Origin: a virus
IMG/VR virus record: IMGVR_UViG_3300050147_000079
Length of the DNA stretch: 64,000 nucleotides
Reading direction: 5' to 3' (one strand)
This document shows, piece after piece, positions 19,916-30,488 of the stretch; the stretch's first letter is position 1, and each line of letters opens with the position of its first letter. Under the pieces are notes generated by a model. It saw only the letters and a program-made list of their open reading frames with translations. It searched no databases and was not told the origin of the DNA. The translations under genes and the position numbers were made by a program.

Positions 19916-20463
19916 GATGAGGAGAGTATCCTACCGACTGTGTTGAAGATCAACCGTATGCGTTCGTTGTTGATCTCCGGTAGACTGGCAATTACTTGCC
20001 GATGCGGGCGACGTTCACCTTGCACTGCTCGTTGACGCTGAGGACCGCCTTCTGCATCAGCGCGTTGTGCTGGGTAGGCATCGTCAGCTGCGTCACCATC
20101 GCCACCAACGGCACGCTGAGGTTCGCCAGGTCGGTCGGCAGCTGGGGCTTGAAAGCGGGGGCGTTGTCGTCTTGGTACATGCTTGTAGTTGCTCCGTTGA
20201 AAATTTCGAAGTGGTGCGGTGACAGTTGCGTCACCGCGATTGAGATCCAGGTATCTGCGGGCAGCCGGGAGGCTGCATCGGTCAGAGGCGGCCGGCCAGT
20301 TCTGGGTAGACGGCACCGATCAGCTTCAGCAGAGTCCACACCGTCCAGCTGCTGATCATCACCTTCAAGGCGAGGTTGAGCCAACCATTCGTGCTCCACA
20401 AGTAGGACAGGAACACGCCGATGATGAGAGTGACGACCAAATAGGAAACCATGGTGCTTCTCC

Positions 20464-20751
20464 TTACTTCCAGGTGAGGGTGGTAACGGTGCTCACCTGA
20501 GCGGTCGCTGCCAGCTCACTCAAGTGAGCCTTGATCCCTTTCGCGGCATCGGCCAGCATGTCCTTGGTGAACTCGCCGGCTTGACAAGCGATGTCGTTCG
20601 CGTCAGGCGCTGGCTGGTTCGGCTCCAGGTCGATCGAGGAGGCCATCCGCTCCATCGCCATCTTCGCCATCGCCCGCATCAACTCCTTGTCGTGGTTGAT
20701 CAGCTTGTCGTACAGCAGATCGGCGAGCTCGTCCATTGTGGTGAAGTGCAT
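20464..20751 (-). CDS. Hypothetical protein
   Basis: 95-aa ORF downstream of a 16-bp-stem hairpin promoter (20767-20809). Confidence 0.6.
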   Translation of the reverse strand: MHFTTMDELADLLYDKLINHDKELMRAMAKMAMERMASSIDLEPNQPAPDANDIACQAGEFTKDMLADAAKGIKAHLSELAATAQVSTVTTLTWK

Positions 20752-20856
20752 GATTTGTTTACTAGTGATTAACGATAGGATTACTATAACTGAAATCCTA
20801 TCGTTAATCTAGTAGAGAGCTTACGAAGCGTAAGGTTTCTCTACTAGTGGATCAGC

Positions 20857-21363
20857 TTACTGCTGGGCCGGCGCCTCGATGCTGACAGCCAGCGGTTGCA
20901 CGCTCAGGCGGATCGGCTTGTCGCTGTACAGGTACTGGCCGCTCCACTGCATGTATGCACCCGACGTCGTCCAGAAGAAGATGTAGGGCGTGCTGCCACC
21001 GTACGTGCCTTCGTCACTCGGGGCATCGGTGATCACCGAGCCGGTCGAGCCGAAGCTGTCGACCCAGCGCGGGCGGGTGAGGCGCTTGCTGCCGGACGTC
21101 ACCTTGCCCTTGATCGTGCCGTAGAACACCGGTTGGCCGGCGTCGTTCATCAGCACGATGTAGCCCATCAGGCCCGGCTTGCTGGTCAGCTCGAGGCGGC
21201 GCTTGATGTTGTCGATCTCGGCGTTGTCAGTGAAGTTCAGCGAGCTCGCGGCGTCCGCAGCGGCCTTGTGTTGCTGGCGCTTGGTCTGGTCCTCGTCGCT
21301 GAGGCAGGCGGTCAGGACGAACGCGGTCAGGATCAGGAAGATGGTGGAGAAGATGCGCTTCAT
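20857..21363 (-). CDS. Putative lipoprotein
   Basis: Signal peptide MKRIFSTIFLILTAFVLTAC with a lipobox Cys; high GC3. Confidence 0.75.
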   Translation of the reverse strand: MKRIFSTIFLILTAFVLTACLSDEDQTKRQQHKAAADAASSLNFTDNAEIDNIKRRLELTSKPGLMGYIVLMNDAGQPVFYGTIKGKVTSGSKRLTRPRWVDSFGSTGSVITDAPSDEGTYGGSTPYIFFWTTSGAYMQWSGQYLYSDKPIRLSVQPLAVSIEAPAQQ

Positions 21364-21376
21364 GGTGTGCTGCTCC

Positions 21377-21805
21377 TTAGTCGCAGGTGGTGAGGGAGAA
21401 CGAATTCGGGGCGGACATGCCCTTGAAGATCACGGAGTTGACCTTGGTCGACTCGGCGTTGTAGCGAGCGACGAGGTCGCGACACGCTTGCTGCATGCCG
21501 GCCTTCTCGATCATCAGGCGGTTCTTCTCGGTGCCGAACGACTGCGCGACCAGGGCGGTGTGGGCGGAGATGTCGTTGCGCTTGGCGTCGATCTGGGCGG
21601 CGGCTTCGTGGAACCACTCGTACTTGCGGATCGCGCGGTCGGCGTCGAACGTCTTGCTGATCAGCTCCGCGGGGAAGAAGACCAGCTTGATCACAATGCC
21701 GGCCAGGATGATCAGCCCGACGACGAACGCCCAGAACATCACGCCGTGACCCGCATCGCGGTAGTCTTGCTTGCTGTAGAGACTCATTTCAGTTGCTCCT
21801 TTCAA
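21377..21805 (-). CDS. Single-pass membrane protein
   Basis: N-terminal hydrophobic helix FWAFVVGLIILAGIVIKLVFF followed by a soluble helical domain. Confidence 0.7.
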   Translation of the reverse strand: MKGATEMSLYSKQDYRDAGHGVMFWAFVVGLIILAGIVIKLVFFPAELISKTFDADRAIRKYEWFHEAAAQIDAKRNDISAHTALVAQSFGTEKNRLMIEKAGMQQACRDLVARYNAESTKVNSVIFKGMSAPNSFSLTTCD

Positions 21806-22043
21806 GAGCGGTTGGTTGACGGTATAGGGACTATCCTGTGAGACACAGGAATTGTCAAGCGGTCAGATCAGTGGCCCATGCAGCAGATGCTGGCTTCGTC
21901 GCAGTTCTGGATCGGAATACCGCACCAGAACCAGCGTTCAAAGTCAGGTTGCAGCGTCGGACCGTCCTTCGGTGTGGTGAAGAACGCCTGCTGGTCACGC
22001 AACGTCTCGATTGCCGGGACAGCAGGCGTGTCTTCGTTCAGCT

Positions 22044-22409
22044 TCATTGCAGCTCCAGTTGCGGTTGTTGGGCACGACGAGCTGCTTTGGCCTGCGCGAT
22101 CTCGTTCAGCTGGCGATCGTACTTGCAGATACGCGGATAGCCGCACGAAGGCTTCATCCAGCGATCGATCTGCCACTGCTCGAGCCGGCCGTGCGAGAGG
22201 AAGTACTTCGCGGTGATGCTGCCGCTCTTGGCGTCGCAGCCGGCGAAGCCGACGTTATTGTTCACCGTCGTCTCGTTCGACGCCTGCTCTTCAGCGGTCT
22301 GGCGTCGAAGCAGGCCAACCAACGCGCGACCGATGATGCGGCCCTTGGTTTCCGTGTCGGCTGCTTCGAGCATCTGCTCGAGTGATTGCTTGGTGACGAT
22401 TGCAGACAT
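22044..22409 (-). CDS. Conserved-type phage hypothetical protein
   Basis: QTAEEQ...NNVGFAGCDA...KYxRQL motif; overlaps the next ORF (MKLNED, 21868-22047). Confidence 0.6.
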   Translation of the reverse strand: MSAIVTKQSLEQMLEAADTETKGRIIGRALVGLLRRQTAEEQASNETTVNNNVGFAGCDAKSGSITAKYFLSHGRLEQWQIDRWMKPSCGYPRICKYDRQLNEIAQAKAARRAQQPQLELQ

Positions 22410-22445
22410 GTTGTGTCCTCGGTTGCGGTGGGGTGACTATACACC

Positions 22446-22863
22446 TCATCCGTCAATAAAGCAACCAGTCTCCTCGTCCGTCTCGGAGTACATCTCGAAG
22501 CGACGGACTTCGTTAACACGCCAGAAAGCGTTTGATCCGACAGCACCGGTGCCGACACACTGATTGACGAAGAAACCGTCTTCTCGCAGCTTCTGAAGCA
22601 TCTGAGAGCCGATCTTTTTTCGGCGATGATCGGGCTTGACGTACGTTGCGTAGTCGTCGGCGTGGTGTCGGATCAAACCAACCCCAATCGGCTTGTTTCC
22701 GTCGAACGCCAGGGCGATCGTTCCTCCGGAGCACAACGACTCAACCCACCGCAAGCGGTCGCACAACTCCCACCCGTGTTCAGACACGAACAGGTGATGC
22801 TCAATCGCCAAGGAGGCGGCGGTAGCGGCCTCTTTACCGGTGAACACTTTGATTTCGACCATC
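22446..22863 (-). CDS. GNAT-family N-acetyltransferase
   Basis: YVKPDHRRKKIGSQML acetyl-CoA-binding motif and downstream AFW. Confidence 0.75.
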
Positions 22864-22957
22864 ACAAAGCTCCGTTGTGGATATGACTCTTCCACTATCC
22901 CACATTCAGCAGGATAGTGGAAGAGGGCGGTTGCCCGCCTCTCTTCGCTGGGCCGAA

Positions 22958-23626
22958 TTACTCGGCGCTCGGAGCCTGGTCGGCGCTCGGAGCAACGGCG
23001 GCCGGCTCGTCGTTGGCCTCAGCGGCCGGTTGACCTTCGGCGCTGGCATCGCCTTCGGCGGCAGCGGCCTGTTCGTCGGTGCCCGCGTCGGCGGCGGCGT
23101 CGGCTTCGAAGGCGATGCCAGCGGCGGTCATCTCTTCTTCGGTCATCGCCCACTTGCCCGAATTGATGTTCTGGTAGTAGGTGTTGGCGCACGAGGCCGA
23201 GATGCCCAGGTCAGCCTGCATCTTCTCGAGGATCGCCTTGCGCGACCAGCCGTCGACCTGCTGCCCGGTCAGCACCAGCTTCAGGGCCTTGGCCTTCTTC
23301 GACTCGGAGCGCGGGGTGCGGGCCTTTTCGACCTTGGCCTTCTTCTCCGGCAGGACGGCCAGGGACAGCTCGCCGCCGTCGGTGCCACGCTTCAGCAGGC
23401 GTTGGGCGGCGGTCGGGTGGACGTTGATGACGATCGCTTCGTCGGATTCGCCCTTCAGCACGACGTAGGCCGACTTGCTGGCGTCCTTCATGGTGCCGTT
23501 GCGGTCTTCGGCGAAACCGGCGACCTTGTAGCGGGTTTCGACTTCGCCCTGCTTCTGGATCACGATGGCGCCCATGGCGGCAGCGACGGCGGTGGACAGG
23601 ATCGAGGCGTTGGTGGTCTTGGACAT
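22958..23626 (-). CDS. Hypothetical protein, paralog of 6485-7033, with shared helical domain and acidic tail
   Basis: SKKAKALKL...GISASCANTYYQNINSGKW. Confidence 0.75.
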   Translation of the reverse strand: MSKTTNASILSTAVAAAMGAIVIQKQGEVETRYKVAGFAEDRNGTMKDASKSAYVVLKGESDEAIVINVHPTAAQRLLKRGTDGGELSLAVLPEKKAKVEKARTPRSESKKAKALKLVLTGQQVDGWSRKAILEKMQADLGISASCANTYYQNINSGKWAMTEEEMTAAGIAFEADAAADAGTDEQAAAAEGDASAEGQPAAEANDEPAAVAPSADQAPSAE

Positions 23627-23785
23627 GGTGCAGCTCCTTTCGGGAGAGTTGAGGTTTGAAAAACTACTGGTTGCGTTCGTGTTTGCTTAACCAGTGACGT
23701 AACTATCGTTGATCTCTGACGTTACGTCAACTGGGCGATTTCAGCCATCAAGTGAAACACAAAGACTCGATGACGTCAACGGGAC

Positions 23786-23977
23786 TCAGGAGTCCTGCTT
23801 GGCGGCACGCTTGGCGCCGGCCAGGTAGGCGGCGTAGCTGGGGAACTTCTGCCACCAGGCGCTCTTCTTGCCGTGTTGCGGCTGGGTCTTGGCCGGGCCG
23901 CCGCCGCCGTTCTTGCGCAGTTCGCTGAACTTCTTGGCGATCGCCAGGTTGCGGACGGTCTTGTTGTTTCGGGACAT
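23786..23977 (-). CDS. Small highly basic protein
   Basis: 63 aa, Lys/Arg-rich; own promoter (TTGACC-17-TAAAGT, 24020-24048). Confidence 0.65.
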   Translation of the reverse strand: MSRNNKTVRNLAIAKKFSELRKNGGGGPAKTQPQHGKKSAWWQKFPSYAAYLAGAKRAAKQDS

Positions 23978-24425
23978 TCGGTGCTCCTTGCACTTCGTTG
24001 ATCTGATTCGTCTTGGTAGACTTTACCCTTTTTCGTGAGTCCGGTCAACCGGGCCACTTTTGCGTGGGCAACCTCTAATAATCCAGTCTCAGATTACCGA
24101 GGGCAACTTTTAGGCGGGCACTTGTTGCATCGTAGCCCTGTCAGCTCAGCACTATCAAATTCCTCTCGTTGTTCAGTGTGCTCACTATCTTATGAACTCG
24201 CGTTCATGTCAACAGCGGGCGCCTTACTCCTGGGCTTCGCGGATGCGCACGTGCTCCAGCGCGCGCTGGCGCTCGTTGCGGGCAGCACGGCGGGCCTTGC
24301 TGTCGAAGCGATCAGCTTGGCGGGTCCTCTTGGCCGGTTGCTGGCGTTGAGTGCGGGTCAGATCGTCGGACACTTTGCGTACTCCGTTGTTTGTTGATGT
24401 AGAGACTATCTCTGATGCTTAGCGA

Positions 24426-24932
24426 TCAGGCAACAGCGTGAAACTGAGCGAAATGCTTCTTGATGATCTTGGCCATCTTCGGAATGTGCTTGCGATTGAA
24501 CGTATCGTTCCAGTTGCCGTGAGTGGCCAGGTGCTGGGCTTCAGCGACGGTGAAACCACTGTTCAGCGGTTGGAACCGCAGGTCATCACCAACAACGTCA
24601 CCGCCGATGATGGTGGCATCTGTGTCGTGCGTGAACAGCTGGTTCCGGTACTTGAACCGCACACCAACGTGCCAGAACGACACCCCGTTGCGTTCCAGTT
24701 CCCGCATCGGGATTTGCAGCGTGCCGAACTGGTGGCGCAAATCCGTCAAGCACGCATCACCACCAGCCACAACTTCAACCGAGACGCCCTTGATCGATTC
24801 CAGCGATCGTGCAATCTCTGCTGCATACACACAGCAGCCGCCGTGGTTGATCGTACAGACCTCGCGCTTGACGTCTGTGCCGATCTGGCGCAGCATGGTC
24901 AGGATGCGTTGTTTCTTGCTCAACATTGGCAT
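24426..24932 (-). CDS. Hypothetical protein
   Basis: INHGGCCVYA and FWHV motifs; hairpin promoter at 24955-24982. Confidence 0.6.
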   Translation of the reverse strand: MPMLSKKQRILTMLRQIGTDVKREVCTINHGGCCVYAAEIARSLESIKGVSVEVVAGGDACLTDLRHQFGTLQIPMRELERNGVSFWHVGVRFKYRNQLFTHDTDATIIGGDVVGDDLRFQPLNSGFTVAEAQHLATHGNWNDTFNRKHIPKMAKIIKKHFAQFHAVA

Positions 24933-25001
24933 CTCCTTGTGATGCAGTTGTTATGGTGGAGTGACTATCCCATCACTCCACCGTACACTCAACGGGGCAG
25001 A

Positions 25002-25835
25002 TTACTTATTGCAGGTGTGGTAGTACGTGGAAGCACCCGCCTGCGTGCAACCCGCTTGGCTGATGAACAGCTTGATCACGGCAGCCCGGCCCTGAGAGCG
25101 GTTCGCTGCGTAGATCGCACGGCAGTGCTCGAGCTTCGAGCCGTACGTCTTCGGGGCAGCGACAGGTGCAGCCGGAGCCGGGGTTGCCTGGCGCAGCGTG
25201 TTGACCCAGTGGTCAACAACCGGCTTCGGCAGAGGCGGCAGAGGCGGCAGCGAAGCCGGGGTTGCAGCGGGAGCAGCTGTGCCCGGCTTGACCAGCTTGT
25301 GGCCACTGCAACCCTTGTGGTGAACGGAGCCGTACAGCTCTTGCGCCTTGTTGTGCTTCGGGCCGAGCTGGATCACCTTCTGGCAGCCGGTGCACTGCCA
25401 TTCGTAGCGGGCTTTCTTGCGGCCCGCCTCGGTCGTGTCGTAGCTGTGGCAGCGGGTGACGTCAGTCATGCCGAGCACATAGCAGACCGACTGCCACTTT
25501 GGGCCGTGAACTTCGCGCTTTTCGCGTTTGTAGCCCCGGGAGGTCAAGGTGAAGCCACGGCCTCGATGCGCTTCCGGGTAGACACGGTCAGTGATCAGGT
25601 GGGCGAGTTCGTGTGGCACGGTGCGCTCGATGAACGTATCGACGTTGCGCATCAGCAGGCCGGCGTTCAGCTTGATGTGCCAGTGCACGTAGTCGGCAGT
25701 GCCGGCTGTGGTGCCGCTCAGGTCGTAAGTGACCTTCGGGTAGGCGAACTTCTGGCCGTACTTGGCCTCGGCCAGGGCGATACCTGCCTTCAGTTTCGCT
25801 TCGACTCGGCTCTTGACTTCAGTGGTAACAAGCAT
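25002..25835 (-). CDS. SprT-like zinc metalloprotease with Cys cluster and shared C-terminal helical domain
   Basis: TVPHELAH (HExxH), HGPKWQSVC, CHSY and YEWQCTGC motifs. Confidence 0.85.
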   Translation of the reverse strand: MLVTTEVKSRVEAKLKAGIALAEAKYGQKFAYPKVTYDLSGTTAGTADYVHWHIKLNAGLLMRNVDTFIERTVPHELAHLITDRVYPEAHRGRGFTLTSRGYKREKREVHGPKWQSVCYVLGMTDVTRCHSYDTTEAGRKKARYEWQCTGCQKVIQLGPKHNKAQELYGSVHHKGCSGHKLVKPGTAAPAATPASLPPLPPLPKPVVDHWVNTLRQATPAPAAPVAAPKTYGSKLEHCRAIYAANRSQGRAAVIKLFISQAGCTQAGASTYYHTCNK

Positions 25836-25912
25836 GGTTGTGCTCGGTTGGTTGACAGTACGGATACTATCTCACAACCGAGCGTTCGGGTCAACACAGT
25901 TGTGTGCAGCGC

Positions 25913-27099
25913 TCAACGCTTCCCAGCGTGTTGCATGACGAGCTCAATGTATTCGCTCATCTGCATGCTAATGACTTGACAGCAGTGAATGCTCTTCAAG
26001 CTTCTGATGCCGTAACCACCGCTCTTGTTGGTGTGGAGCGGTGAATCCCAACCGAATTCAGCATGTGCCTTGTTGGGAGCGACGCTCCAAGCACCATCAA
26101 AACAATTAACAGTGCTGATGTTCGTGATGCTGACAGCCACCCCGTCTTCAGTCGGGTGCAATGCAAGGAACGGGTAGTATGCCATCGCTCAGGGCTCCGT
26201 CCAGCCGACAGCAACCGAATGCTCCAGGACCGGCACATCCGCCTCAAGCTCCGGGAACATCGCGTACACCTGCTCATGCGTTAGCTTCGAGCCGCGCATG
26301 TCACGGATGATGAAGTCGCCGGTGCGCTGGTCGATGTACAGCTGAACGTACTTGCAGGCCGGCTCACCCAGCCAGCGGGTGTGCTCAGTCATCGCGGCCT
26401 TGTGGATTGCCGTAGCGGCTCGGATGAACTCGCTACAGCAAAACCACCCGTTTTGTGGGTGGTGGCGCATGATCAGTGCACCGTGCCGTGCAGGGTGCAC
26501 GTGTCGCACTTGCCGTCGCAGCCGTCCGGTTCGCCGAAGAGCGAGTCGTCGCCCATCAGCATGAGGTCGGCGAGCATGTCGGCGGTGATGCCTCGATCCT
26601 GCAGGCCGTTGGCGACGAGCTCTTGGGCGGCGATTGCGGCCTTGTCCAGCTGATCGATCGGCTTGCGCAGAACTTGGACATGGGTGTGCTCCTTTCGGTG
26701 AGCGGTTGTGTGAATCAGTGAGGAGATAGTACATCTCCTCACACCGTTTTGTCAACAGGTCTTCAGACGAACGAACGCGTCGCCATCCTTCGACAGGCCG
26801 GTTTTGATGAACCGATCGCCGAAGTACTCCTTGCAGAGTTCATTGAAACGTGTGAGCTGCGTGGAAGAGGCGTCACCCATCACCTTAATGCGCCGCCGCA
26901 TTTTATCGCCCGACAGGTCGTTGTAGTAGGGATGCCAACGGTCAACCGGATCCCCCACCGCCATGTTGTACAGTTTCAAGACCGCAGGGCCGTCCTCCGG
27001 ACGCTTGGCAGGCCGCCCCGCGGGGATGAACAGCTGCCCGTTCACAGTGATCGCGGTCATGTTAAAACCTTCGATGCCTTTGACCTGAACTTCAACCAC
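25913..27099 (-). CDS. Small hypothetical proteins (25913-26185, 26189-26470, 26473 to about 26680, 26752-27099)
   Basis: Coupled minus-strand ORFs. Confidence 0.55.
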
Positions 27100-27168
27100 G
27101 GTGTATACCTCTTGCGAATTGAGAAGGCCCTATTGTAGCGGAGTATCACATCCGCTACACCAAAGAGC

Positions 27169-27820
27169 TTACGCTCCGCGCTGTTTCTTGACCAGCTTCG
27201 GGCCGAGCTTCTTGTCGATGTTGTAGGCGTACGTCGTGGCGCCGCTCTTGGTCATGCCGACCTCGTTGACCAACATGTCAATGAACGCACCGTTGGTCAC
27301 CGGCTCGTTGCTGTTCAGCACACGAACGCGGTAGAGTTCTTCAGCGAGTGCACCTGCACCGCCCTTCTTCAGCTTGCCGTTCGCCTTCACCTCAACCGTG
27401 ACGTTGACGTCTTCGATCACCTTGACGCCTTCGCCCGATGCGGCGGTGACGTCCGGCTTGGCGAACATCCAGCTGTGTTGCGGTGAGTTCATCAGCTTCA
27501 GCACGCGGGTCTTCGCCGCTTCCAGCAGCAACACCTCGTCAACCGCTTCACCTTCTGCGCGAACGACCGCTTCCGCAACGGCCTGTGCCACCATCAGCTC
27601 CCAGTCGGCGTGCAGCTTCGGAGCAATGCCCGCGATGAAGTCGCCGTACGTGATCGACGTGCCGAGCAGTTTGTTGATCAGGTCAACGCCCCGGCCGGCC
27701 AGCACCTTGGTGAACTCATCGTCCATGACGATCTGGCGAACGATTTGGACAGCGCCGAGCGGGCTGCCGAAAGAGAATCCGAGCGCCACCGCGGCGCGTT
27801 CCGTGACAGTGATCATGATG
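27169..27820 (-). CDS. Hypothetical protein with shared C-terminal helical domain
   Basis: AFIDMLVNEVGMTKSGATTYAYNI. Confidence 0.65.
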
Positions 27821-27898
27821 ATCTCCTTTGAGTCGGTGAGGAGATCATCTGCCAAACCGGACGATAAGGCAACGGGGGCAGCCACCGCCCCCGTTCGA

Positions 27899-28351
27899 TC
27901 ACTCCTTGACGAGTGTGCAGTAGTACGTGTTGGCACCGCCCGCAGTGCAACCGGCATCGCTGATGAAGCGGGCGACGATGTCGGCCTTCGGCTTGCCGTT
28001 CATTTCAGCGAAGATGCGGCGGCACTTCTGCATCTTCGTCTCGCCTTCCATCTGCCGGCCGCGCTTCTTCGGCGGTTCTGCCGCATTCTCACCCGCTTCT
28101 TCAGCGGTTTGAGCCGGCGGCAGGTCGTGTCCTTCCGGCATGTCGTAGTGCAGCGTCACGCCGTTCCACTGCTGAGGGAACGTGCGCTCCAGCCTCTCCT
28201 TCTTGCCGGTGCTGCTGACCAGCACGATCACGTGATCATCGCGCACGAGCAGGATCTTGCCGAATGAGAACAGCTGCAGTGGCGAGTCGCCCTGCGACAT
28301 CACATCGCCGCCGCTGCGTTGAACGGTGACGGGCTTGGTCGTGTCAATCAT
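27899..28351 (-). CDS. Hypothetical protein with shared C-terminal helical domain
   Basis: TKMQKCRRIF...ARFISDAGCTAGGANTYYCTL. Confidence 0.7.
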   Translation of the reverse strand: MIDTTKPVTVQRSGGDVMSQGDSPLQLFSFGKILLVRDDHVIVLVSSTGKKERLERTFPQQWNGVTLHYDMPEGHDLPPAQTAEEAGENAAEPPKKRGRQMEGETKMQKCRRIFAEMNGKPKADIVARFISDAGCTAGGANTYYCTLVKE

Positions 28352-28365
28352 CTTGATCTCCTTGA

Positions 28366-29453
28366 TCAGAATCGGTAGACGGAGTATCCTCTGGATCCTG
28401 CGGAGGAGGCAACAGCGGCCACTTGCAGTCCTTGCTGAGGTGTCCTTCCCAGCCGCAGCGACAGCAGACGACCCGACCCCACCGCCAGCTCACTTCTGCA
28501 GCTCCTGCAGAAGGTCGTACGCTCCGTGATGCATGCGGCGACGGCCGTCTTCCAGCGGCATGTCGGTGATGTAGATGTTGGTGTGCTGATCCCACATTGC
28601 ATCCAGGCGGTTGTCGATGAACAGCGCCATCATGGATGCTTCGTCCTTCGTCAGCGTCACGCTGCCGTCTTCGTGCTTGATCATCTGTTGTGCTCCTTGT
28701 TGGCAAACAGTGCCCGAAGTTGACTGATCGTCTTCGTCCAACCATTGCCGGTGATCAACGACTCCACGTAGACGAAGTCACCCGGACCACCGTCTCCGTG
28801 AACAGAAACGGGACGCCACATGACGCCCTTGCGGCGGGCGATGGCCTTCGCCAACCTCCACGCCTCACTGTCCTTCTTCAGCATTGTCTCACCCTTCCGG
28901 CAGTTCAGCGTAGATGCACGTGTGGATCCCGGGGAGGACGGCGGTGATGTTGTAGTCCATCAAGTCGTCACCGAGTTCTTCCTTGGCGCTGTCGACGTCC
29001 TCCAAGCGGAGATCCTTCAGCCCGCTGTAGTGCCCGCAGTGCCGCAGCACGTGCATCCACACCTCCTGCTGGGTTGCACGCGGCATGTCAACGTGCAGGC
29101 AGAAGTCCTGGTTCAGGTTGCTGTCGTGGCCGAAGATCGTGTAAGCGGTGTTCACGCTGATTTCCTTCAAGTGATGATGAAGTCGATGATCTTCTGATTC
29201 CCGGAAGAGAACAACAGGACAAGCAGGGAGTTGTTCACAGATCAGCTCCCGACACCGCTGCCTCAGCGTCTTCACCCGGATCTTCTTCCGATTCGCCGCC
29301 GTACTGCAGCTCACCGACATTGATGCTCGGATCGCCGTCGATCACCAGATCGCGAGCCTTATCAGCCAGCGCATCGTACATCTCGTCGCTGCAGCCGTCC
29401 GGGAAATCGACGATGACTTCGTACTGGCGACTGAAAATCAGAGTGCGTTTCAT
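28366..29453 (-). CDS. Small hypothetical proteins (28490-28685, 28681-28884, 28889 to about 29300, 29235-29453)
   Basis: Coupled minus-strand ORFs; these are the first genes of the long leftward array. Confidence 0.55.
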
Positions 29454-29505
29454 ATAGAGAATCTCCTCTAGCTAAGATCCGTCTAGTATAGCAGACGTAG
29501 TGCAG

Positions 29506-29690
29506 TTGCAACAACATACAAAAACGCGAGATAATACACTCAACGGATCGAAGCAACGCAAGCGGGGTGGACGGCAAGAGCGGATGACTGTTTAACTTCG
29601 CCCACTAGACGGATCTGATAATCAGCAGGATAATACACACATCGATTCGAAAGCCGACTGCTGGGGTGGACGGCAAGGGCGCTCCGCCGT
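29506..29690 (+). ncRNA. Two tandem candidate sRNAs (family copies B and C), each behind a plus-strand promoter
   Basis: TTGCAA-18-GATAAT and TAGACG-17-GATAAT; shared core GGGGTGGACGGCAAG at 29564 and 29663. Confidence 0.5.
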
Positions 29691-29722
29691 TTTCTATTAT
29701 CACGAAAAGTGTGCTCGCACCA

Positions 29723-30163
29723 TCAACGCCACGTGGTTCCTTTTCGGATCGCCCCAATCGTGGATTTGTGCACCCCGTACTCATCTGCGATGGTTTGATA
29801 CGATTTGGTGCTGGCCCTGATCGCAGTCACCTGTTCGGGCGTCAGTTTGGACATTCCGTTTAGGAGACCCTTGGCAGGGGGTAGCCGGTTGCGCTGTTGT
29901 CTATCTGCAGCGTTTGTCTGATAGGATCCCGCATATAGGTGGGCGGGATTAATGCACCTTCGGTTATCACACGTATGACATACTAGAGCACCACGCGGTA
30001 TTGGACCGTTGGTCTGTTCATAAGCCACGCGGTGGGCGGATAGAGACTTGCCACCAATCCCGATCTTACCGTAGCCGTTGCTCGCCACGGTTCCCAGCCA
30101 CATCCAACATTCGCCGACCGCCGCATAGTTTTGCATCCGCTCAGCAAGAGGTCGCTCCTTCAC
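29723..30163 (-). CDS. HNH endonuclease with C-terminal HTH (homing-type)
   Basis: CWMW..GYG..AHRVAY..VCHTCDNRRCINPAHL and C-terminal KLTPEQVTAIR..IADEYGVHKSTI. Confidence 0.9.
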   Translation of the reverse strand: MKERPLAERMQNYAAVGECWMWLGTVASNGYGKIGIGGKSLSAHRVAYEQTNGPIPRGALVCHTCDNRRCINPAHLYAGSYQTNAADRQQRNRLPPAKGLLNGMSKLTPEQVTAIRASTKSYQTIADEYGVHKSTIGAIRKGTTWR

Positions 30164-30488
30164 TTTACATCCCTTTCATACATTGGAGACAGTATACGTC
30201 TGCCCGCACATACTGTCAACGGGGCAAGAACCACTGTGCAAGCTCGCCCCGTTGATCAACAGCGGCCGTATGATGTACAATGGAAGGTTGCGGCAAAAAT
30301 TGTCCCACTATTTTAGTTTGCCCCCGTTGACGTTTTTTGGAACCGTTGCAGACAACTTTGATTTCGCGCTATGATGAGCGATCAACCGGGCAAGCTGATG
30401 TCCGACTGTGGTACAGGCACATTCTGCATGGTAGGATACCGGAGCGGAACAGTCTGGTACTCGAGCTGCCAACGTAACCAAGACGAAA

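Noticed and set aside
19363-20316. 317-aa ORF as a single gene
   Set aside because: Its 5' part overlaps another ORF, a promoter (about 19925-19955) and a hairpin leader; the SD-supported start is GTG at 19803.
20857-21805. Rz/Rz1 spanin assignment
   Set aside because: The pair is in an early-promoter region, there is no adjacent endolysin, and the lipoprotein is large and not Pro-rich.
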